In this document: piece by piece, positions 49,057 to 58,914 of the stretch
How the letters are laid out: each line of letters opens with the position of its first letter
How positions within the stretch are numbered: position 1 is the stretch's first letter
Assembly: GCA_902540805.1 (NCBI GenBank)
Contig: CACBON010000003.1
Coordinates: forward strand, 23,057 to 87,056
Direction: 5' to 3'
DNA from: an uncultured Alphaproteobacteria bacterium
Lineage (GTDB): Bacteria; Pseudomonadota; Alphaproteobacteria; Methylaequorales; Methylaequoraceae
DNA length: 64,000 bases
Made by a program: the position numbers and the translations under genes
The notes under the pieces: generated by a model
Told to the model about the DNA's origin: nothing
Database searches by the model: none
The model's input: the letters and a program-made list of their open reading frames with translations, nothing else

Positions 49057-51835
49057 TAATTACCGACATACACCTATCACAAAGCTGATTTTTTTCATCT
49101 AGTTGTTTATAAAGTTTCCAGCATCTTGGGCATTTATCTCCTTCTTCTTTAAATATTTTTACCCCAATTTCCTTGTTATCTGAGTTAAAAAGGAATTGAT
49201 CATCGAAATCTTCTGAAATTTCTATACTCGCTGAAATAAGGATCTCGCTTAAATTTTGATTCTCTGAAATTTTCTTATAGTCATCATCTTTTAAATAAAC
49301 AAAAGCACTTGCTTCTAAACTGGATTTGATCTCTTTTTTATTTCTTTTTTGTTCAACAGCAAAAGTAAAAGCATTTTTAATTTCTAAAATTTTTGACCAT
49401 TCATTGTTTAAATTTATATCATTCCATTCATCAGGAAGTTCAAGATTTTCTAACAAATGACAACTCAGTTCACTGTTTTTGTTAATATCTTCTTTCCAAC
49501 ACTGCCATGCTTCCTCGGTTGTGAACGGTATTATAGGTGAAAGCCATCTAATTAAACAATCAAAAACGTCAGTCATAACCGTTTTAGATGATCTTACAGT
49601 CAAAGAATTATTTTTATCACAATACAATGCATCTTTTCTTATATCGAAGAATAGAGCAGAAAGTTCTTGAGAACAGAAGTTTAGTATCGTTTGGAAAACT
49701 TTATGAAAATTAAACACTTCATAAGCCTCGATAATCTCTTTATTCAAGTTATAAAGCTTATGCCTTATAAATTTCTCCAATGGTAAAAGGCTTTTATGTT
49801 CTAATTTTGAATCTAAAGAGAAATTATTTAAATTTCCTAGAATAAACCTTATTGTGTTTCTAATTTTTCGATAACTCTCGGCTTGCCGTTCCAAGTTCTG
49901 ATAACTTATTTTTATGTCTTCATTAAAGTTTGAATTAGCAACCCAAATTCTTAAAATATCAGCACCATACTTTTTAATTACATCTGAAGGTGAAATCACA
50001 TTTCCTAACGATTTTGACATTTTTTTTCCCTTCTCATCGATTACAAAACCATGTGTCAAGACTGACTTAAATGGACTTTCGCCGTAGTTCGCACAACTTT
50101 CAATTAAAGAAGATTGAAACCAACCACGATGCTGATCCGAACCCTCTAAATAAAGGTCAGCTTTGTAATTAAAACCATTGTTTTTTAAAACATAAACATG
50201 ACTTGAACCTGAATCAAACCAAACATCCAGAATGGAACTAACTTTTTCATATTCTTCTGAATTTGCTATTTCACTTAAAAAATAATCTTTTGGTTTAGTG
50301 AACCAAGCATCAATACCTTCACTTTTAATAGTTGATAATATTTTCATATTAATATGTTTATTTATAAGAGGTTCGCCATTTACCTTAGAGACGAAAATAG
50401 TAATTGGAACGCCCCACGAACGTTGTCTTGATACACACCAATCTGGTCGATCTTTCACCATAGATCTAATTCTATTTTTACTGTTTTCAGGTATCCACTT
50501 TACTTTCTCTATTTCATTGAGAGCCTTACTTCGAAGATCTTTTTTTTCCATAGAGATAAACCATTGAGATGTTGCTCTATAAATTAATGGTGCCTTGGAC
50601 CTCCAAGAATGTGGGTAGCTGTGAAAATAATCATATGAACTAACTAGAGTATTTGAATTTTTTAATTCATTAATAACACTCTCATCGGCTTTGAATACGT
50701 GCGTACCTGAAAAAAAGGGAACATTATCAGTGTATACTCCAGAATTATCTACTGTAGGTAAATTATCCAGGTCATTTTTTATACCAAATTCAAAGTCTTC
50801 AACTCCATGATTTGGTGCTATATGAACTAATCCTGTACCAGCCTCGTCAGTAACGTGCTCAGCTTCAAATAAACAGACTGAATGATCAAATCCTAAATTT
50901 CTGAGTGGATGTTGACATTTTAGTTGCTTGAGTTTTTCTGAATCAACTGAACTTACTTTTGAAAAGTTGCTAATTGAATGACTTTCACAAAAATTTTGAA
51001 CCAAATTATCGGCTAATATAATCTTGTCATTTTTATTTAATGCGAGACTTTTAATATCCCTATCAATTTCAATTAATGAGTATTTAAGATCATTAGAAAA
51101 GGCAATTGCCTTATTGCATGGAATAGTCCAAGGTGTCGTAGTCCAGATAATGACACTTACGTTTTCCAAAAAGTTTTCTACTGGAAATTTTACGTAAATT
51201 GCTTTTGATTTTTTTTCTAAATACTCTATTTCAGCTTCAGCTAATGCGGTTTGTTCAACAACAGACCACATTACTGGTTTAAATCCAAGATATAACTGTT
51301 CTGATTCCAGAAATTTCAACAACTCAGATACAATCGTTACTTCCGAGTTTTTATTCATTGTTAAATAAATTTCTTCCCAATCGGTCTGGATTCCAAATCT
51401 ATTAAATTGATCTCTCTGAATACTTACCCATTTCTTTGCAAACTGTCTGCATTCTTCTCTGAATGTGTGCAAATTAACTTCCGATTTTTTTTTTCCAGAT
51501 TTTCTAAACTGTTCCTCAACCTTCCATTCGATTGGGAGTCCGTGACAATCCCAACCAGGTACATATTCAACGTTCATTGCGCTCTGAAATTTAAATCTGC
51601 AAATTACATCTTTTAAAATTTTATTCAAGGCATGACCAAGGTGAAGGTCTCCATTTGCATAAGGCGGTCCATCATGTAATACATACTTAATATTTTTTTT
51701 ATTCTTATTTTTAAGTTTGTCATAAATTTTATTGTTATGCCAAAATTCAAGCCATTGAGTCTCCTTTTCTGATAAGTTAGCTTTCATGCTAAAATTGGTC
51801 TTAGGAAGATTGATTGTTTTTGAATAGTTTGTCAT
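49046..51835 (-). CDS. ileS: Isoleucine--tRNA ligase
   Basis: The HIGH motif is PYANGDLHLGHALN and the KMSKS motif is KKMSKSLGN. The C-terminal zinc finger is CPRCW...CDRC. Length is 929 aa. Confidence 0.97.
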   Translation of the reverse strand: MTNYSKTINLPKTNFSMKANLSEKETQWLEFWHNNKIYDKLKNKNKKNIKYVLHDGPPYANGDLHLGHALNKILKDVICRFKFQSAMNVEYVPGWDCHGLPIEWKVEEQFRKSGKKKSEVNLHTFREECRQFAKKWVSIQRDQFNRFGIQTDWEEIYLTMNKNSEVTIVSELLKFLESEQLYLGFKPVMWSVVEQTALAEAEIEYLEKKSKAIYVKFPVENFLENVSVIIWTTTPWTIPCNKAIAFSNDLKYSLIEIDRDIKSLALNKNDKIILADNLVQNFCESHSISNFSKVSSVDSEKLKQLKCQHPLRNLGFDHSVCLFEAEHVTDEAGTGLVHIAPNHGVEDFEFGIKNDLDNLPTVDNSGVYTDNVPFFSGTHVFKADESVINELKNSNTLVSSYDYFHSYPHSWRSKAPLIYRATSQWFISMEKKDLRSKALNEIEKVKWIPENSKNRIRSMVKDRPDWCVSRQRSWGVPITIFVSKVNGEPLINKHINMKILSTIKSEGIDAWFTKPKDYFLSEIANSEEYEKVSSILDVWFDSGSSHVYVLKNNGFNYKADLYLEGSDQHRGWFQSSLIESCANYGESPFKSVLTHGFVIDEKGKKMSKSLGNVISPSDVIKKYGADILRIWVANSNFNEDIKISYQNLERQAESYRKIRNTIRFILGNLNNFSLDSKLEHKSLLPLEKFIRHKLYNLNKEIIEAYEVFNFHKVFQTILNFCSQELSALFFDIRKDALYCDKNNSLTVRSSKTVMTDVFDCLIRWLSPIIPFTTEEAWQCWKEDINKNSELSCHLLENLELPDEWNDINLNNEWSKILEIKNAFTFAVEQKRNKKEIKSSLEASAFVYLKDDDYKKISENQNLSEILISASIEISEDFDDQFLFNSDNKEIGVKIFKEEGDKCPRCWKLYKQLDEKNQLCDRCMSVINEN

Positions 51836-52757
51836 TTTTTACTTGATTAATATCTTTTATAATCTGATCCTTTAATTTCTCAACTGATTCAAATTTTTTT
51901 TCCTCTCTTATAAACTTGTAAAAAGTTACTTTTATTCTTTCATTATAAATATCATTCTCGAAGTTAAAAATGTGCACTTCAAGCAGAGGATTTGTTTTGT
52001 TAAATGTAGGTTTAATCCCAAAGTTCGCAATGCCGAATAGTTTTTTCTCCCCAAATTTCTTTGGAATCTTTAGTATTACTGAGTAAACACCTCTTCTAAT
52101 CTGACAAAACTTATTAGTCTTAATGTTAGCTGTTCTAAACCCAATTTGCCTTGCTTTTTTTTCACCTTTTTGGATGTTTCCTGTGATAGACCACTTTCGT
52201 GTTAATAAATTATTAGCTTGATCTAAATCTCCTTTTTTCAATAATGCTCTTATGTTTGAAGAGGAGATTTCAACATTATCAGAATTTCGTACCTCAGGAA
52301 CAACAATAAAATTAAAAGCTTTTGTCTTGTTTACGTAATCATGAATATATTTTACATTCCCCATTTTTTTATTTCCAAAAACGAAATCAAATCCTGTTAC
52401 AACAGTATTTACACGAAGGTTTTTAATTAGATCAATTTCAATAAAAGATATCGCAGTTTTATTTAAAAATGTGTGATCGAATTTAATGTTTATTAAGAAA
52501 TCTATTTTTGCTAATTGGAAAATTTCACATTTTTCTCTGAATGGAGTTAACCTGAAATAATCATATTGTTTGTTAAAATAACATTTTGGATGTGGCTCAA
52601 ATGTTAAAACACCTAATTTAGTGTTTTTAGTTTTTGAATTTTTCTTTGCTGCGTTTATTACGGCCAGATGCCCCTGATGCACTCCATCAAAGTTGCCTAT
52701 TGCTATCGTAGAATTCATGTATTCTTGAGGAATTTTTGTTGTTCTAAAAACTCTCAT
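51801..52757 (-). CDS. ribF: Bifunctional riboflavin kinase / FMN adenylyltransferase
   Basis: IGNFDGVHQGH is present in the N-terminal domain. The C-terminal riboflavin kinase domain carries G...GFRTAN and E.HI..F. It overlaps the ileS start by 35 nt. Confidence 0.9.
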   Translation of the reverse strand: MRVFRTTKIPQEYMNSTIAIGNFDGVHQGHLAVINAAKKNSKTKNTKLGVLTFEPHPKCYFNKQYDYFRLTPFREKCEIFQLAKIDFLINIKFDHTFLNKTAISFIEIDLIKNLRVNTVVTGFDFVFGNKKMGNVKYIHDYVNKTKAFNFIVVPEVRNSDNVEISSSNIRALLKKGDLDQANNLLTRKWSITGNIQKGEKKARQIGFRTANIKTNKFCQIRRGVYSVILKIPKKFGEKKLFGIANFGIKPTFNKTNPLLEVHIFNFENDIYNERIKVTFYKFIREEKKFESVEKLKDQIIKDINQVKNDKLFKNNQSS

Positions 52758-53210
52758 TTAGACAAAATCTTTTTTTTTCGAAACTAAAATATCAGCTTGT
52801 CCTGTAAGAATTTTTTGTTTTGAATTAAAACATTCAGTCAATAAATTAACTTTTCTCTTTTCCATTTCGATTTTCTTAATTGTAACTATTGCAGTTATTG
52901 TATCTCCTATAAAAACAGGAGCTAGAAATTTTAAAATCTGATTCAAATAAATACTTCCAGGGCCTGGAAGTTGTGTCGCTATAACAGTTGAAATTAGACT
53001 TCCTGATAAAAAACCGTGTGCAATTCTTTTTTTAAAAATTGAGCTTCGAGCAAATTTGTCGTCCATGTGAATTGGATTATTATCACCAGATACCTTTGAA
53101 AAAAGATTGATATCGCTTTCGGAAATTTTTTTTTTGTAATGGGCTTCCTGATTAATTTTTAAGTCCTCTAAAAAATATCCATGCTTCTTGAGATAGTAAC
53201 TTTTATCCAT
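52758..53210 (-). CDS. MaoC-like (R)-specific enoyl-CoA hydratase / dehydratase
   Basis: It has the hot-dog fold, the motif SGDNNPIHMD........F..RIAHG, and a length of 150 aa. Confidence 0.8.
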   Translation of the reverse strand: MDKSYYLKKHGYFLEDLKINQEAHYKKKISESDINLFSKVSGDNNPIHMDDKFARSSIFKKRIAHGFLSGSLISTVIATQLPGPGSIYLNQILKFLAPVFIGDTITAIVTIKKIEMEKRKVNLLTECFNSKQKILTGQADILVSKKKDFV

Positions 53211-53263
53211 TTTTATTAAAAAATTAGTTTAATATAATTTTACTAACTAATATATATTTCTAA

Positions 53264-54451
53264 ATGATACATGTCTTTTTTTTATTAATTTATACTTTTT
53301 TTTTTTCAATTTCTAACTGTAATGATTTTAGTGACTATAAAACTTACAGAAAATCAAAAATAAATCTTAATATTAAAAAAATATCGCAAGAAAAATTTCA
53401 CTATCCGTGGGCAATTACATTTTTAGACAGAAATACTATTCTTGTTACTGAAAAAAAAGGAAACATATTCAAGATCGATACTTCCAATGGTGATCGTATT
53501 CAAATAAAGCATAATATCCCACACATTGAATTTAGAAATGGCCAAGGTGGATTATTAGATGTCTATAAACATTCTGACGGTTACATATATTTTACCTACA
53601 GTCATGATTTCAAAGATGAAACAAACATTGGAAGATTATCAAACTACTCAAGCACTGCTATAGCACGAGGTAAACTCCAAAATAACGAGATTGTGGACTT
53701 AGAAACTTTATTGATAGCAAAACCTAAACTTGATACCGATAAACATTGGGGAGCAAGGATTGTGATTAAGGATGATTTTTTATTTGTGGGTTTTGGTGAG
53801 AGAGATAAAGGAATGATTGCTCAAAATCCACAAAAACATCCTGGTAGTATAATTAGAATTAAAACTGACGGAACTATACCTACTGATAATCCAGCATACT
53901 TAGGTTTTGAAGATTGGTTACCCGAGATCTATCAAATAGGTATGAGAAATCCACAAGGAATGGCTATTTCCCCAAAAAATGGTGAAATATACTTTTCACA
54001 ACATGGCCCAATGGGTGGAGATAATATTGGGATTGTAAAATTTGCAGGAAATTATGGATGGAAAGATATTGCTTGGGGAGGAAAGGAATATTCTGGAAGA
54101 AAGATTGGAACAAAAGACTTTAAAGATATATACAACAAAAATTTAATCACATGGGTACCATCAATTGCTGTTGGAAATATTCAATTCTACAAAGGTGAAA
54201 CCTTTTACGAATGGAAGGAAAATTTAATAGTAAGCGCTACTAAAACTAAATTATTAGCTAGATTAATTTTTGAGGGACCTAAAATAATTGACCAAGAAAT
54301 AATTATAAAAGATGACAAAAGAATTGGAAGAATAAGAGATTTTGAAATTGATCATGAAGGGAATATACTAGTTATATCTGATAGCAGTCCTTCATATTTG
54401 TGGAAAATTTCTAGAGACTATTCTATGCCAAGCAAAGCAGAGCAAAATTGA
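53264..54451 (+). CDS. PQQ-dependent soluble sugar (aldose/sorbosone) dehydrogenase family protein
   Basis: It shows the beta-propeller sGDH/YliI-like pattern (PW.I.FL....LVTEK.G.I, HPGSI.RI..DG..P.DNP, G.RNPQG.A, HGP.GGD..N). The N-terminus looks like a signal peptide or lipobox (FFFSISNC). Confidence 0.8.
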   Translation: MIHVFFLLIYTFFFSISNCNDFSDYKTYRKSKINLNIKKISQEKFHYPWAITFLDRNTILVTEKKGNIFKIDTSNGDRIQIKHNIPHIEFRNGQGGLLDVYKHSDGYIYFTYSHDFKDETNIGRLSNYSSTAIARGKLQNNEIVDLETLLIAKPKLDTDKHWGARIVIKDDFLFVGFGERDKGMIAQNPQKHPGSIIRIKTDGTIPTDNPAYLGFEDWLPEIYQIGMRNPQGMAISPKNGEIYFSQHGPMGGDNIGIVKFAGNYGWKDIAWGGKEYSGRKIGTKDFKDIYNKNLITWVPSIAVGNIQFYKGETFYEWKENLIVSATKTKLLARLIFEGPKIIDQEIIIKDDKRIGRIRDFEIDHEGNILVISDSSPSYLWKISRDYSMPSKAEQN

Positions 54452-55329
54452 TCAGCATCGAACTGCGCTAAATCGTCTTTTGATTCGCCGGTTCCAATAA
54501 AAGAAATCGGTATCTTAAGTTTCTCAGCTATTGGAATTAAAGCACCACCTTTAGCTGATCCATCTAGCTTTGTTACAATCAGACTGTCAATATCGCAAAT
54601 TTCTTTGAAAACTTCAGCTTGTCTGATCGAGTTTTGACCAATATTCCCATCTAGAATTAAAATAGTTTCACTGGGAATTGATTCGTCAATTTTTTTTATT
54701 ACTCTAATTATTTTTGATAACTCGTTCATTAAATCAGTTTTATTATGTAATCTTCCAGCAGTATCAATAAGAAGAATATCAAGTTTTTTTTCTTTTGCTG
54801 TGATTACCGACTTGTATGCTAGAGCTGCAGGATCAGAAAGTTCTTTTGCTGAGAAAAATTCAGATTTCGTTCTGTCTGCCCAAATTTTTAGCTGCTCCAC
54901 TGCTGCTGCACGAAAAGTGTCAGCTGCGACCATTCCTACTTTTTTTCCATCTTTTAAAAATTTCTCAGCAAGCTTTCCTATAGTGGCAGTTTTTCCAACT
55001 CCATTAACCCCTACTACTAAAATAACAAATAAATTTTTTGTTAAGTCAATATTTTTTTCAAGCGGAGCAAGAGTCTCTTTTAGTTTTTTTTTTATAATCT
55101 CCTTTACTTTTTCTGAGCTAGGATTGAGTAATTTTGATTTTTTCAATGCTTGAATAATTTTTGATGACGACTCCACTCCTAGATCAGAAGAAATCATTAA
55201 TTCTTCTAACTCTTGCAAGGTGGATTCATCAATCTTTTTACTTTTTAAGATTTTTTTTAATCCACCAGATATCTTATCTGATGATTTTGATAAACTTGTC
55301 TTTAACTTTTTAAACCAACCAACAACCAT
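54418..55329 (-). CDS. ftsY: Signal recognition particle receptor FtsY
   Basis: It has a short amphipathic N-terminus and an NG domain with GVNGVGKTATIGK, DTAGR and TKLDG.AKGG. Confidence 0.95.
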   Translation of the reverse strand: MVVGWFKKLKTSLSKSSDKISGGLKKILKSKKIDESTLQELEELMISSDLGVESSSKIIQALKKSKLLNPSSEKVKEIIKKKLKETLAPLEKNIDLTKNLFVILVVGVNGVGKTATIGKLAEKFLKDGKKVGMVAADTFRAAAVEQLKIWADRTKSEFFSAKELSDPAALAYKSVITAKEKKLDILLIDTAGRLHNKTDLMNELSKIIRVIKKIDESIPSETILILDGNIGQNSIRQAEVFKEICDIDSLIVTKLDGSAKGGALIPIAEKLKIPISFIGTGESKDDLAQFDADQFCSALLGIE

Positions 55330-55331
55330 GT

Positions 55332-56570
55332 TTATTTTAATTCAGCAATTAATGAATCTCCTTGTCGTGAGACAATCTTCACATTGGCAATTGAGCCCGG
55401 CTTAATAGAATTTTTACTTTCCATGGTTTTAACCTTAAAGTATCCATCAGAATAACTCATTTTGTGGGATTCAAAAAGGATGCTTGAAGACTTTCCAATT
55501 TCTTCATTTAATTTTTGATGGAGAATGTCTTTGCATTTACTCCTAAGAATCTCTACTCTTAATTTTTTCTGTTCTTCCTTTATCTGTGGCATTTTTGATG
55601 CCGGAGTTCCGTCTTTAGGTGAATAAGGAAAAATATGAACGTTTGTAAATTCACAAGTTTCTACTAATTCTAAAGTATTTTTAAACATTTGGTTTGTTTC
55701 AGTAGGGAATCCAACAATTATATCAGCTCCAAAAGTGAAATCAGATCTCACGAGTCTTAAATCATGGCAAAGTTTTATGACTTCTTCTCTATTATGTCTT
55801 CTTTTCATTCTTTTAAGAATTAAATTGTCACCTGACTGAAGGGATAAGTGAAGATGAGGAAGTATTCTTTTTTCTTGCAATAGAAGATCCATCAAATCGT
55901 CATCAATTTCTGCTGGATCAATTGAGGATAATCTCAATCTTCTTAATTTAGGTTGAAAATTTAACAATCTCCTCAGTATGTTTCCTAGTTTAGGCTTTCC
56001 TGGAAGATCAATGCCATAGGATGTCAAATCGACCCCTGTCATTACAATTTCGCTATAACCACTTTCTATCAACCTCTCAGCTCGTTTATTGATCTGATCA
56101 AATGGCAAGCTTTTGGCGTCACCTCTGCCGTAAGGAATAATACAAAAAGTACATCTGTGATCACATCCTTGTTGTATTTGTAACATTGCTCTTGTGCGGC
56201 TTGATGAAAAATCTTTTAAGAAGGGAAAATTAAAATCTTTTTCTTCTTTTATTTCTTGATCAGTGTAACTTTCAGGTAAAGTTTTTCTTTTATTATCAAC
56301 AATCTTATGAACGTTTTTTAAATCTGAGAATACTTTTTCATTAACTTGACTCGCACAACCTGTTACATAAATTTGATAGTCAGGGAATTTTCTGGATGCC
56401 TTTTTGACTTCATTAACTGATTTTCGAACAGCTTGATTTGTAACAGCGCAAGTATTTATGACAATCTTTTTTTCTAAGTTTTCCTGATTAAGAATATTCT
56501 TAATAACTTCTGACTCAAAAAAATTGAGTCTGCAACCTAGATTAATAACTTTTGTATCTTCTTTTTTCAT
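55332..56570 (-). CDS. mtaB: tRNA (N6-threonylcarbamoyladenosine) methylthiotransferase MtaB (radical SAM)
   Basis: It has the N-terminal MTTase cysteines (LGCRLN, NTCAVT, GCA), the radical-SAM motif CDHRCTFCIIP, and a TRAM-like C-terminus. The dapF-mtaB-ftsY order is typical of Alphaproteobacteria. Confidence 0.85.
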   Translation of the reverse strand: MKKEDTKVINLGCRLNFFESEVIKNILNQENLEKKIVINTCAVTNQAVRKSVNEVKKASRKFPDYQIYVTGCASQVNEKVFSDLKNVHKIVDNKRKTLPESYTDQEIKEEKDFNFPFLKDFSSSRTRAMLQIQQGCDHRCTFCIIPYGRGDAKSLPFDQINKRAERLIESGYSEIVMTGVDLTSYGIDLPGKPKLGNILRRLLNFQPKLRRLRLSSIDPAEIDDDLMDLLLQEKRILPHLHLSLQSGDNLILKRMKRRHNREEVIKLCHDLRLVRSDFTFGADIIVGFPTETNQMFKNTLELVETCEFTNVHIFPYSPKDGTPASKMPQIKEEQKKLRVEILRSKCKDILHQKLNEEIGKSSSILFESHKMSYSDGYFKVKTMESKNSIKPGSIANVKIVSRQGDSLIAELK

Positions 56571-57400
56571 AGTACATAGTCCTTCAAATTAATTTGACCT
56601 ACAAATACATCTTTTGCCTCTCCGATAGTTAAAATATGCTCATCTCTTGTTATTTCAACAAGTAGATTGCCTCCAGCCATTGATACCTCAACATTTTTAT
56701 CACAAAAATTTAATTTATTTGAGGCAAAAACTGAAGCTCCAGCTCCCGAACCACATGCTTCTGTTATTCCGACACCCCTTTCATATGTCAGGATATTCAC
56801 CTTACTTCTTGATAAAACTTTAACAATACTAACGTTCACCCCACTTGGGAAAAAATTAGTTTTAATGATTTTTTCTGAGTCTTTCTTTAATTCGCTTACA
56901 TTTAAATAATCACCAAAAAAAATTACATGTGGATTTCCAACATTTACAGCAAAACCTCCTTTAAGATAATCAAAATCAAAATCTAAATTGTGAGTATCCA
57001 CATTAATTTTAATTGGAATCTTATCCCAGGAAATATTGGGTTTTCCAAGATCAACTGTTATTTTTTCACTGATATTTTTCTCAACATCGATCAATCCTGA
57101 ATTTGTCTCAACAGTCACATTTGTTTTTTTAAATTTTTTAAAGTAATAATTTCCTATGCATCTCAATGCATTTCCACAAACTTCTGCCTCTGATCCATCC
57201 TTATTGAAAAATCTAGCAACCAGATCAGAATAATTATTTTCTGATTTATTCAAGAAAACGGTCAAGTCGCAACCCACTCCTTTTTTTCTATCGGATAAAA
57301 ACTTTACTAACTCCTTAGAAATATTTAATTTAGAATATTCTGTAAAAATTACAAAATCATTGCCCAGACCATGTGCTTTAAGAAACGTAAATTCAGTCAT
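56567..57400 (-). CDS. dapF: Diaminopimelate epimerase
   Basis: F.K.HGLGNDF is present, along with the two catalytic Cys motifs (GNALRC and ACGSGA). Confidence 0.92.
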   Translation of the reverse strand: MTEFTFLKAHGLGNDFVIFTEYSKLNISKELVKFLSDRKKGVGCDLTVFLNKSENNYSDLVARFFNKDGSEAEVCGNALRCIGNYYFKKFKKTNVTVETNSGLIDVEKNISEKITVDLGKPNISWDKIPIKINVDTHNLDFDFDYLKGGFAVNVGNPHVIFFGDYLNVSELKKDSEKIIKTNFFPSGVNVSIVKVLSRSKVNILTYERGVGITEACGSGAGASVFASNKLNFCDKNVEVSMAGGNLLVEITRDEHILTIGEAKDVFVGQINLKDYVL

Positions 57401-57465
57401 TGTAATTATAAATTAATTACTTTAAGAATTAATTCTTTTTTGATATAAACACAATTAATAAATTC

Positions 57466-57500
57466 AGTCAGTCCACGAGTATCGTGCACTGACTTTTTTT
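57466..57500 (+). terminator. Intrinsic-terminator-like hairpin plus T7 run in the dapF<>ffh divergent spacer
   Basis: The hairpin is agtcagt-c-cacg / agtat loop / cgtg-c-actgact (7 bp, one C.C mismatch, 4 bp; 57466-57494). It is followed by ttttttt (57494-57500). There is no upstream plus-strand gene for it to terminate, and the ffh ATG is 22 nt downstream. Confidence 0.4.
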
Positions 57501-57521
57501 GTTTGTAATTATTAGAGAGAA

Positions 57522-58901
57522 ATGTTCGAAAATCTAACAAAAAAAATATCAAATATTTTTGATAAAATTAAGAGAAGTGGTGTCATTGAGGACTCAACCT
57601 TACAAAATGTGATGAGAGAAATCAGGGTTGCCTTACTTGAATCAGATGTATCTCTTTCTGTTGCAAAAGATTTTATAGAAAACGTCAAATCAAAGGCAAT
57701 TGGTCAAGAAGTCATAAAAAGTATTTCTCCAGATCAAATGATTATAAAAATTGTGAATGACCAACTTACTGAACTTTTGGGTTCCGAAAACGATAGTTTA
57801 AAACTAAACGCTAAAACTCCAGTGCTTTTTCTTATGGTTGGTCTTCAAGGCTCGGGAAAAACAACAACATCTGCTAAGCTTGCAAGGTGGATAACTAAAA
57901 ACAATAATAAAAAAATAATGATGGCATCTCTCGATATATATAGGCCAGCTGCACAAGAGCAACTAATAAAACTTGGAGCAGATAACGACATAGCAACATT
58001 AGAATTGCAAGAAAACAGGTCACCATTACAAATAGCTCAAATTGCTTTTGAAGCTGCTAAAAAGTCAAACTTTGACATATTAATTCTAGATAGCGCTGGA
58101 AGAAATCATATAGACACTAAAATGATGAATGAAGTAAAAGAAATTTCAAAAAAATTTAATTTTTCTGAAATATTATTGGTTTCAGATTCTATGACAGGTC
58201 AAGATGCAGTGAACACGGCAAAAAACTTTTCAGAGCAAGTAAATTTAACTGGAGTAATCTTAACAAGAATTGATGGTGATTCAAGGGGCGGCGCTGCACT
58301 TTCAATGAGACAGGTAACCCAAAAACCAATCAAATTCATGGGGACTGGAGAAAAAATAGACGACATAGAAATATTTCATCCAGATAGAATAGCAAACAGA
58401 ATTTTAGGAATGGGAGATGTGGTCACCTTGGTTGAAAAAGCTTCTGAAGAAATAGATGAACAAGAAGCTAAACAAATGCAACAAAAATTTCTGAAAGGAA
58501 GATTTACTTTACTTGATTATTCCAAACAACTTGATCAATTGACTAAGATGGGAGGGATTCAGAGTGTGTTAAAATACTTACCAGGTCTCTCTGGACTAAA
58601 AGAAAAGATGGAAGAAAAAATGGAAAATAATGATGTTTTTAAAAAACAAAAAGCGATTATTAATTCTATGACTCCCAGAGAGAGAATACACCCAGATTTG
58701 GTCAAAGCATCAAGAAAAATAAGGATTTCAAAAGGATCCGGCACCAATGTTCAAGATATTAATAAATTGCTTAAACAATTTAAAAAAATGAGTCAAATGA
58801 TGAAAAAAATGGGGAAAAATAAAAACATGGATAGTATTATGAACAGTGGCCAATTTGGAGACATTCAAAGCTTAATAAATAAAAATAAACCAATACAATA
58901 G
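57522..58901 (+). CDS. ffh: Signal recognition particle protein Ffh
   Basis: The NG domain carries [15 protein letters not shown] and TR.DGD.RGGAALS. The M domain is Met-rich ([14 protein letters not shown]). Confidence 0.97.
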   Translation: MFENLTKKISNIFDKIKRSGVIEDSTLQNVMREIRVALLESDVSLSVAKDFIENVKSKAIGQEVIKSISPDQMIIKIVNDQLTELLGSENDSLKLNAKTPVLFLMVGLQGSGKTTTSAKLARWITKNNNKKIMMASLDIYRPAAQEQLIKLGADNDIATLELQENRSPLQIAQIAFEAAKKSNFDILILDSAGRNHIDTKMMNEVKEISKKFNFSEILLVSDSMTGQDAVNTAKNFSEQVNLTGVILTRIDGDSRGGAALSMRQVTQKPIKFMGTGEKIDDIEIFHPDRIANRILGMGDVVTLVEKASEEIDEQEAKQMQQKFLKGRFTLLDYSKQLDQLTKMGGIQSVLKYLPGLSGLKEKMEEKMENNDVFKKQKAIINSMTPRERIHPDLVKASRKIRISKGSGTNVQDINKLLKQFKKMSQMMKKMGKNKNMDSIMNSGQFGDIQSLINKNKPIQ

Positions 58902-58914
58902 AAAGGAAAATTTA

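Noticed and set aside
54800-55153. A 117-aa plus-strand ORF antisense to ftsY.
   Set aside because: It is a shadow of the conserved FtsY NG domain. The translated sequence is low-complexity (Ser/Phe/Ala-rich) with no start context.
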